Origin: Ktedonobacterales bacterium
Lineage (GTDB): Bacteria > Chloroflexota > Ktedonobacteria > Ktedonobacterales > JADMIN01
NCBI GenBank assembly: GCA_030167145.1
Contig: CP126532.1
Span: forward strand, 4,710,001-4,742,000
Direction of reading: 5' to 3'
DNA: 32,000 bases
The notes under the pieces are model-generated. The model did no database searches. It had not been told where the DNA came from and saw only the letters and a program-made list of their open reading frames with translations. How positions within the stretch are numbered: the stretch's first letter is position 1; each line of letters begins with the position of its first letter. The position numbers and the translations under genes were made by a program. This document shows positions 8,158-15,558 of the stretch, piece after piece.

Positions 8158-9003
8158 TCACAGCTTGACCAGGGCGAGCGTGGTAAGCAGCGGCACGAGC
8201 AGCAGCACAGACCAGTCCGCAAGACGCAAGCGGCCTTCGTGGAGCAGCGTGGCTTTGCCAGTGACGCCGTAGCCCCGTGCTTCCAGCGCCGAAGACAAAC
8301 CTTCCGCGCGGCGCAACGCTCCCTGGACGAGCGGCACCAGCAGCGTACCCAAGCGTCGGGCGCGGTCAACGAGCGAACCGGTAGTGAAGTCCGCGCCGCG
8401 CGACATCTGTGCTTTGATGAGTTGCTCGGTTTCCTGCACCAGCACGGGGATGAAGCGCAGTGAGATCAGCGTCATCAACCCGAAGTCTTCGACCGGCAGC
8501 CGGAGCAGCTTCAGTGGGCGCAGCAGCAGCATGACGCCCTCAGCCAGCGCGACGGGAGTAGTGGTGAGTGTCAGGGTCATCGAGCCGAGGAATAGCAGCA
8601 GGAAGATCGCGGTAAACGAGATTACGAACCAGATGCCATCGTAGGTGACGACAATCGGGCCGAGTGGAAGCTGATTGCCGTCCACAGTCACGACCACCGG
8701 GCCGAAGGTATGCCAGGTGATGCCTGGTGTCCACATCAGCGAAAACGGAATACCGATCAGCAAGAGGATCACCAGAATACGCATGCGCCGCCAGATGTAG
8801 CCGAAGTCCACCCGCGCGATGAAGAGGCCGAGTAGCAGCAAGCCAAACATCATGGCATAAGCGCCGTAATGGAAGTAGCGGTGATTCGCCGCGAAGCATA
8901 TGGCAGCCAGCCATGCCAGCACAAGCAGCTTGGTCCGTGCGCGCAACCGGTGCATGAAGGAGTGCCCCGGAACATAGACGCCAATAGGCAGATTATGAAG
9001 CAT
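8158..9003 (-). CDS. ecfT: Energy-coupling factor transporter transmembrane (T) component
   Basis: N-terminus IGVYVPGHSFMHRLRARTKLLVL and C-terminal coupling motifs (RGADF..., LSSALEARGYG) are typical of EcfT/CbiQ. Overlaps ecfA2 by 11 nt. Confidence 0.9.
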   Translation of the reverse strand: MLHNLPIGVYVPGHSFMHRLRARTKLLVLAWLAAICFAANHRYFHYGAYAMMFGLLLLGLFIARVDFGYIWRRMRILVILLLIGIPFSLMWTPGITWHTFGPVVVTVDGNQLPLGPIVVTYDGIWFVISFTAIFLLLFLGSMTLTLTTTPVALAEGVMLLLRPLKLLRLPVEDFGLMTLISLRFIPVLVQETEQLIKAQMSRGADFTTGSLVDRARRLGTLLVPLVQGALRRAEGLSSALEARGYGVTGKATLLHEGRLRLADWSVLLLVPLLTTLALVKL

Positions 9004-9913
9004 GGGGCGTCTCCTGCGCTGGAGGCGTCGCGGCGATAGCTTGGTCGTGATGTGTCTGCCGCGCTTGCACCAGCGCCTCAGCTACTCGCTCAGGCGTCAG
9101 CAAATCTGGGGAGACGGAATAGCCTCGCTCACGTGCCAGCGTGACGGCCTGGGCCAGCGGCGGCGGCAATAGCCCGCAGGAAAGGATGTCGTCTACCCGC
9201 TGAAAAACGTCTTCCGGTGGGCCAGAGAGCCGTAGCTCGCCGTTTGCCAGCACGAAGACGGTATCAGCCAGGTTGGCGACCTCGCCCATGTCGTGTGAAA
9301 CAAGCACGATGGTCAAGCCCTCACTGACGCGCAGGTTTAGCAGTTGGGCGTAGAGTTCGTCGCGGGCCTCAGCGTCCAGCCCGGCGCTCGGCTCGTCCAG
9401 CACTAGCACACGCGGGCGCATCGCCAGCACGCCAGCCAGGGCTACCCGCCGCCGCTGCCCGCCGCTGAGCGCGAACGGCGAGCGGTAGAGCAGTGTTGCA
9501 TCATCACCCAGCGCGACGGCACGCATGGCGGTGTGTACGCGCTCGCGAATTTCACTATCCTTCAGCTTGAGTTGTCGAGGGCCGAACGCGACATCATCGT
9601 AGACGGTTGGAGCAAAGAGTTGCGCTTCGGGGAACTGGAAGAGCAGGCCAACACGTCGTCGAAGCTCGATCATGTGTGCCTTGCGTGTGCCTTGGCTAGT
9701 GAGCGCAATCTCATCCACGTGTACGCTGCCGGTGGTGGGATGCAACAGGCCGTTGAAATGCTGCACCAGTGTGGATTTGCCGGAACCTGTGATGCCGACG
9801 ATGCCGACGCACTCACCATCGGCGATCCGCAGGCTGATATTGCGCAGGGCAACTTGCTCGTGCGGGGTGCCGGAATTGTAGACATGGGTCAAATTATCAA
9901 CGATGATGCTCAT
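8993..9913 (-). CDS. ecfA2: ECF transporter ATPase subunit A2
   Basis: Walker A GITGSGKST, LLFQFPEAQLF, signature LSGGQRRRVALAGVLA, Walker B VLVLDEPSAGLD. ATGA overlap with ecfA1. Confidence 0.9.
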   Translation of the reverse strand: MSIIVDNLTHVYNSGTPHEQVALRNISLRIADGECVGIVGITGSGKSTLVQHFNGLLHPTTGSVHVDEIALTSQGTRKAHMIELRRRVGLLFQFPEAQLFAPTVYDDVAFGPRQLKLKDSEIRERVHTAMRAVALGDDATLLYRSPFALSGGQRRRVALAGVLAMRPRVLVLDEPSAGLDAEARDELYAQLLNLRVSEGLTIVLVSHDMGEVANLADTVFVLANGELRLSGPPEDVFQRVDDILSCGLLPPPLAQAVTLARERGYSVSPDLLTPERVAEALVQARQTHHDQAIAATPPAQETPHAS

Positions 9914-10752
9914 CTGGTGGCCTCCAGCGCGCGAACCAATGCCTGCGGCGAAAGGGCGTCCGCCGGAATGTATATTCCGTGTTCGCGCAGGCGCTGCCCT
10001 AGCTCTGCCAACTCCGGAATTACAAGGCGAAGTGCGCGCAGACGGTCAAGGTCGGCGAGTACTGCGGCTGGTGGCCCTTCGAGGATGACTCGTCCTGCTT
10101 GAAGCACGATGATGCGGTCGGCGAGCGCAGCTTCTTCCAGCAGGTGGGTGACGTGAACGACGGTCAGGCCATGGGTGCGATGCAGATCATGCAATAGCGC
10201 CACCATTTCGCCACGCGCGCGTGGATCGAGAAGCGCGGTCGGCTCATCGGCGACAATACAGGCAGGCTGCAGCGCCAGCACACCGGCGATAGCCAGGCGC
10301 TGCCGCTGCCCACCAGATAGCTGGTGCGGCGGGCGCCCGCGCATCTCGGCTAGGCCTACCGCATCGAGCGCAGCGCCCACTCGCTCCACAATTCTCGGCT
10401 TGGGCCAGCCACGCGCCGCCAGCCCCCACGCTACATCATCCTCGACCAGCGTCGCCACGATCTGGTTGTCGGGATCAGAGAAGATCATACCGACCAACTC
10501 GCGGATGCGCTGCCGGGCGTCCGCGTCGCGCGTATCCATGCCATCCACCAATACCTGCCCGCTTGTGGGTAGCAGCAAGCCATTGAGCAGCCGGGCGAGT
10601 GTGGACTTGCCGCTGCCATTGTGGCCCAGCAGCGCCACATAGTCGCCACGCTTCACTTCAAGTGAGACACGGTTGAGCGCGAGCGGCTGGCCCGTGCCAG
10701 CGTTTTCATAGCCGTAGGAGACATGCTCAATGGCGAAGAGGGTGTCGTTCAT
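9910..10752 (-). CDS. ecfA1: ECF transporter ATPase subunit A1
   Basis: Walker A GHNGSGKST, IFSDPDNQIV, signature LSGGQRQRLAIAGVLA, Walker B CIVADEPTALLD. ATGA overlaps on both sides. Confidence 0.9.
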   Translation of the reverse strand: MNDTLFAIEHVSYGYENAGTGQPLALNRVSLEVKRGDYVALLGHNGSGKSTLARLLNGLLLPTSGQVLVDGMDTRDADARQRIRELVGMIFSDPDNQIVATLVEDDVAWGLAARGWPKPRIVERVGAALDAVGLAEMRGRPPHQLSGGQRQRLAIAGVLALQPACIVADEPTALLDPRARGEMVALLHDLHRTHGLTVVHVTHLLEEAALADRIIVLQAGRVILEGPPAAVLADLDRLRALRLVIPELAELGQRLREHGIYIPADALSPQALVRALEATR

Positions 10753-11705
10753 GGGCGCGCCGCCTTTGCCACTGCGCTCCGCTTGCGACCGCCGAAGAGC
10801 CAGCGCAACGCGCGGCGCGGATAGATGATGGGCGCGAACACCACGAGGAGCAGCAGACGCAGCATGCTCATGAACCAGCGCGGCGGGAATGGACGCACGT
10901 CATAGCCCAGCACCCGCGCCACGCCGTTTGCCACGGCAAAATAGAGCGTGACAATGGGCGCTGCCAGTGCGGCGAGATAGAGGAACAGCAGCAGCGGCCA
11001 GAACCGAAGCGCGAAAAGACCTGCGCCCACGAGGATCGGGCGTACGGTCAGCCAGTCGCCTTCCCAGCCGAGCAGGCTGGCGCCGGTCGCCAGCACCCAT
11101 GCCCCGGAGTTGAGTCCGTTGCGTAGTTCATCCACAATATCGTGCGCGGGAAGGCCGGCAAACAGGATGACAGCAAATGTGGCGGCAAACGCGGCGAGTG
11201 TAACCAGCAAGGTGCCTGCGGCCAACACAAGTGGCGCGCGCATACGTCGCTTCATCATCACGCCAATGAGCAGGCCGACGAGGGCACGCAATCCCATACG
11301 CCAGCCGAAATGCGGTCCGGCGATCACCGTAACGAGAAACATCGCGACAGCGCCCGCCAGCAAGGTCGCGCGGGGGCCACGGCGCAGCGTGAGGATGACA
11401 AATGGGGTGGGAATGGCGGGTTCGAGTACGGTGCCGACGATCGGGAGGTAGATGGAGGCAAGGTCGAGTACTACACCGACATCGGCAAGCAATCCGCCCT
11501 CCGCCAGCCCCACCGCGTCTAGCCAGCCGCTGCCAGGTCGGACGGCGCTCTGCACGCGCTCCTGTTTGACCGCTGACGTTGTGGAGACGAGTGGGCGTGT
11601 GACTGGTGCGGCAAAGTGATGTGCGCTCGGCGCTTGGGACGCTGCACGGGGTGTCGCCTCACCCGACTGGAGCGATTCCTGCACGTTCAGAGTGCGCCTC
11701 CTCAT
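10749..11705 (-). CDS. Polytopic membrane protein of unknown function, first gene of the ecfA1A2T operon (candidate atypical S component)
   Basis: 318 aa: a ~60-aa polar N-terminus, then about 7-8 hydrophobic segments. Its stop overlaps the ecfA1 start (ATGA). I recognise no family motif. Confidence 0.6.
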   Translation of the reverse strand: MRRRTLNVQESLQSGEATPRAASQAPSAHHFAAPVTRPLVSTTSAVKQERVQSAVRPGSGWLDAVGLAEGGLLADVGVVLDLASIYLPIVGTVLEPAIPTPFVILTLRRGPRATLLAGAVAMFLVTVIAGPHFGWRMGLRALVGLLIGVMMKRRMRAPLVLAAGTLLVTLAAFAATFAVILFAGLPAHDIVDELRNGLNSGAWVLATGASLLGWEGDWLTVRPILVGAGLFALRFWPLLLFLYLAALAAPIVTLYFAVANGVARVLGYDVRPFPPRWFMSMLRLLLLVVFAPIIYPRRALRWLFGGRKRSAVAKAARP

Positions 11706-11710
11706 CTCTC

Positions 11711-11737
11711 TTGCGTCGCTGTTCTTCGTGCTATTCT
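11711..11737 (+). promoter_or_regulatory. Candidate promoter for the Nudix gene, overlapping a minus-strand TAGAAT for the ECF operon
   Basis: Plus strand: TTGCGT (11711-11716), 15-nt spacer, TG-C-TATTCT (extended -10; hexamer 11732-11737). On the minus strand the same bases read TAGAAT about 25 nt upstream of the 11705 start. Confidence 0.3.
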
Positions 11738-11840
11738 ACAGCGTGTGGGAGCGCTGGGCCTATGAACTATGTCATATGTCTGGCAGATGTGCGAGATGAG
11801 CGCTCCGTCGAAGAGTCACGTATAGGCGAGAGCAGGTAGT

Positions 11841-12497
11841 ATGTCGGAAACCAAGGCGCAAGAGACGGACGATCAGCGACCGTCGCAGGCATATGCTGAG
11901 CCAGGAGTGGACCCTGGCGAAAGCCCGTGGCGCACGGTGGCGGGGCGCGAAGTATATCGCAACCCCTGGTTGGCAGTGACAGAATACAGCGTGATACGGC
12001 CAGATGGCCTGCCAGGCATCTATGGTGTCACGGATCCAGGGGCAAACGCCACGATTGTTGCGCTGGATGAGCGGCAGAACGTGTGCCTCGTGGGGCAGTT
12101 CGTCTACCCGGTGCGGCGCTATCTGTGGTCGCTGCCGAGCGGGCGGGTGGATGATGGCGAAGATCCACTGCTGGCGGCGCGGCGTGAACTGGCGGAGGAA
12201 GCTGGCCTGACTGCCAGGGTGTGGACGCTGCTCGGCATGTACTATTTGAGTCCGGGCATTTCAACGCAGGCGACATTCATCTATCTTGCCCGTGACATGA
12301 CGGCGGGTACGCCGCAGCCAGAGGGCACGGAACGCATCTCGCTCAAGCACATGCCCCTATCCGCAGCGGTGGAATCCTGCTTGCGAGGCGAGATTTGCGA
12401 TGCGGTCAGTGTGCTGGGTCTGTGGCGCGCACAGGCGCTGCTGCGTGCGGAGGATGATGGGGGACGATCCACGCGCTCAGTCGTCGGCGACCCGTAG
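11841..12497 (+). CDS. Nudix hydrolase (ADP-ribose pyrophosphatase-like)
   Basis: Complete Nudix box GRVDDGEDPLLAARRELAEEAGL (Gx5Ex7REx2EExGU). Confidence 0.88.
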   Translation: MSETKAQETDDQRPSQAYAEPGVDPGESPWRTVAGREVYRNPWLAVTEYSVIRPDGLPGIYGVTDPGANATIVALDERQNVCLVGQFVYPVRRYLWSLPSGRVDDGEDPLLAARRELAEEAGLTARVWTLLGMYYLSPGISTQATFIYLARDMTAGTPQPEGTERISLKHMPLSAAVESCLRGEICDAVSVLGLWRAQALLRAEDDGGRSTRSVVGDP

Positions 12498-15400
12498 CGC
12501 CTGTCCGCCTAATCGCGTTGTGCGGGCGCGGATGAGTGTTAGCCCAGCTATGAACGCGACTACCAGCGCGACGTACAGAATCGCCAGGGTAAGCGGGTTG
12601 AACACTAACATGTATGGTGGCATCATCGGCCCAGACGAGCCAGCCGCCGCGCCCGCGAACTGGAGAAATGGCAGAGTGACGGTGGTGAGCAGATAACCGA
12701 GCGCTGTGCCTGCTAGCAGGCTGAAAGCGTAGACCGCCCACTGTTGCCAGAGGACGATGCCTGTGAGCTGGCGATCACTGCCGCCGAGCGCGTGCAGGAC
12801 GGCGAACTGCGCGTAGCGTCGGCGCGCGGAGACACCGCTTTGCGCAATGCTGGCGAAGATGCCTAGAAAAGCGGCCATGGCGACACCAATGAGCAGAAGT
12901 TTGCCCAGGCCAGCAGTTATGGGATCGTTGCTACTGGTCTGGGCCAGAGTGCTGCGGTCCACGACGGAACCCAGTAGCAGACTCGGATCGGAGAGCGCGC
13001 GGCTGCGCGCCGCGCTGGTATCTGGTGAGCCATCTGTATGAAGCCAGTATTCCGTTGGGCCAGTGATGCCGAGATTGCCGATTTGGGGATTATTGTACGC
13101 TGCAAACAAGTCTTGTTCATCCAGAATCACGTAGCCGCCCTCTGGTGTGTCATACATCGTGGGAAAGGCGGTGACCACTGCGCCGACGACACAAGAGACC
13201 AGATATACCCCACCTTCCTGTGGGTTGATGGCGAAGCGATCACCAGCCTTGAGGTGCAGATCTTGAGCGAAGGTGGTGTTCACGATGGCCCATATCGGCG
13301 CAGATGTCTCGCCCGCTGCCGAACTACCCATATGTGCGCGCATTGTCGTCATCAAGTTGGGTAGTGGATCCGCCGCGAAATCCGCACGCCAGTAGGCCAC
13401 CTGTGCGAAGGTTGCCGGGTCAATTCCTAGCAGGTTTACGAGGCTATTGCCAGTATCGGGCGACGTGTGGGCCTGCGTCCGGTAGATGGGCGTCTCGGCG
13501 CGCACGCCGGGCAACTTGCGGAGTGTCGCACCTAGGTTGCTGGCATAGGTGGTTTTCTGCGCCACGTCTTTCAGGGCCACTTGTGTATCGCCGCCGACGG
13601 TGTAGGCAACACGGTCCTGGGCATTGCGCGCCAGAGACCCAGCAAAGCCAAGCGAGAAGAGACCCATACCCACACAGACAGTGAGCAGCAAGGCCAGCCG
13701 GGTGTATTGCGCTGTGGCGCGCGCCATCTGTGCGAAGGCCAGCACACCTACCGCGCCACGCCCGCGTTTAGCCATCTGCGCGCCCACCGCCGCGCCAACA
13801 GGGAACATACGCAACAATAGCAATCCCCCGGCAAAGAGCGATAGCACCGGCACAAGCGCGAAGATCGGATCCGCCGTTCCCGCGGGGTTTTGCTGGCCGA
13901 GGATGCTGCGCGCCTGGAATGTGCCCAACTGTGTCAGGTCTACGTAGCCAGCGATGCAGAGCACGGCGAGAATGACATCGAGATACAGCCGCTGCCAGAG
14001 CGGACGGCGAGTCGCGCGGGCCTGTTCACGCCTGAATGCGCCAACATCGAGCCGGGCCGCGCGGAAGGCGCCGATGACCACAGCGCCGATTCCGCAGAGC
14101 GCGGCGATGATGGCTGCTTGTGTGGCGCTGCCGGGGGAGGCGACCAGGGAGATGTAGGAGCTATCTACGGGCGCGCCAATCCACCGTGCAAGCAGCAGCA
14201 TGAGGCCAGCCGCGATAGTGGGGCCGATAATCGCAGCCAGCACGGCGAATAGGCTGCCCTGCAATGTATATGCGCTCACTACCTGAATACCGCTGGCGCC
14301 ACGACTCGTCAGCGTGGCGATTTCGCCTTCGGAGTCGTCAATCAGCAGGCTGGCCATCGTGATCGAGAAGAGCAAAGCGACGCCAGCTAGCTCTGCTACG
14401 ACCATCGTGAGAGGCAGCGCCAGCAGTGCCATCTCGCTCAGCAGCGAGGTGATGAGTTTGTCGAGATTGGTGCTGACGACGATACTCCGCAGATTGGCGG
14501 CTCCTGTTTGGGCGTCGAGCCTGGTACGCAGTTGTCCAATGTGATTGGCCACGCCATGGATATTCTGAACGGTGAGCGCGTGTGCGTTGGTAGTGTAGAG
14601 ATAGTCAAGCCGCATGCCTGTAGTTGCGGCGAAGCCTGCCGATGGCGTTGCTACGCCAAGCTGGGTGAGCGCCGAGAAAAAGCCGTCACTGGTGAAGAGC
14701 AGCGGGAAGAGTGGCGGCGGTGGTGGTGGGGAATCGAGAAGGCCCTGGTCGTGCGTATCAAAGGACTGGCCGCCCCAGAAGGCTTCGTTGGGATTCTTGG
14801 GAAACCAGACGCCGACGATGCGAACGGTGACGAACTGGCCAGTGGCGCTGAGCGGAGACAGGGTGATTGTGTCGCCGGTTTTCACACCGAGTTTTGGAGT
14901 AGCGAGCGCCTCCAAGGGCTGCCCGGCGGGCACGTCTTGCGGCAGCCTGCCCGAAAAGAAATGCATATGTGGTGCGCTGGCGGTGTAGTCCAGCACATAG
15001 GGAAGAGCGGCTGAGGTGTCCAGTCCAACCTGGTGAATCGCCTTCTGGCTGCCGTTGAGGCTCTGGAAGCGAAAATTGGCGAGCGAGGCCCAGCGCCATG
15101 TGCTGGCCGTCACGTAGCCGCCCAGCGTTGTCGTTACCTCATCGTCAACCAGACCACTTACGTTGCTCGCTTCCATTGGATAGACAAAGTTTGAGACAGC
15201 GCCTATGTCCATATTGACCTGGGTAGCGGGCGCCTGCGCCAGTGTGGCTTGAAGCTCAATGTTGGACATAAGGCTGGTGTAGAGCGGCAGCCCGCAGATT
15301 AGTATGCTTGCCAGCAGACTGCCCACGTTCACAGCGAAAAGTGAGCGCAGATTGGTGCGCGCACGCAGACCCGCCAGCCGGGCACCAGCCAGCGGCCCCA

Positions 15401-15500
15401 CCCAGCGCATTCGCCACATGCGACGATCACGCTGTTCCTGACGTACTGTTACGCCGTCAGGTGTGGTAGGTGGTGGCTCCACTTGTGGAATACCGGTCAT
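12477..15500 (-). CDS. Large ABC-type permease with two FtsX domains (MacB/YbbP-like), no adjacent ATPase
   Basis: GAGGAG lies 8 nt upstream of the ATG. 1007 aa. It contains two copies of the layout TM helix, large extracytoplasmic domain, three-TM FtsX module (for example LLIDDSEGEIATLTSRGASGIQV... and RRRYAQFAVLHALGGSDRQLTGIV...). Confidence 0.8.
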   Translation of the reverse strand: MTGIPQVEPPPTTPDGVTVRQEQRDRRMWRMRWVGPLAGARLAGLRARTNLRSLFAVNVGSLLASILICGLPLYTSLMSNIELQATLAQAPATQVNMDIGAVSNFVYPMEASNVSGLVDDEVTTTLGGYVTASTWRWASLANFRFQSLNGSQKAIHQVGLDTSAALPYVLDYTASAPHMHFFSGRLPQDVPAGQPLEALATPKLGVKTGDTITLSPLSATGQFVTVRIVGVWFPKNPNEAFWGGQSFDTHDQGLLDSPPPPPPLFPLLFTSDGFFSALTQLGVATPSAGFAATTGMRLDYLYTTNAHALTVQNIHGVANHIGQLRTRLDAQTGAANLRSIVVSTNLDKLITSLLSEMALLALPLTMVVAELAGVALLFSITMASLLIDDSEGEIATLTSRGASGIQVVSAYTLQGSLFAVLAAIIGPTIAAGLMLLLARWIGAPVDSSYISLVASPGSATQAAIIAALCGIGAVVIGAFRAARLDVGAFRREQARATRRPLWQRLYLDVILAVLCIAGYVDLTQLGTFQARSILGQQNPAGTADPIFALVPVLSLFAGGLLLLRMFPVGAAVGAQMAKRGRGAVGVLAFAQMARATAQYTRLALLLTVCVGMGLFSLGFAGSLARNAQDRVAYTVGGDTQVALKDVAQKTTYASNLGATLRKLPGVRAETPIYRTQAHTSPDTGNSLVNLLGIDPATFAQVAYWRADFAADPLPNLMTTMRAHMGSSAAGETSAPIWAIVNTTFAQDLHLKAGDRFAINPQEGGVYLVSCVVGAVVTAFPTMYDTPEGGYVILDEQDLFAAYNNPQIGNLGITGPTEYWLHTDGSPDTSAARSRALSDPSLLLGSVVDRSTLAQTSSNDPITAGLGKLLLIGVAMAAFLGIFASIAQSGVSARRRYAQFAVLHALGGSDRQLTGIVLWQQWAVYAFSLLAGTALGYLLTTVTLPFLQFAGAAAGSSGPMMPPYMLVFNPLTLAILYVALVVAFIAGLTLIRARTTRLGGQALRVADD

Positions 15501-15558
15501 GTGTGGGTCTCCTCATGGCCTTGCGTATACGGGTATAACGTGGGAGACCAGTAAGTTA

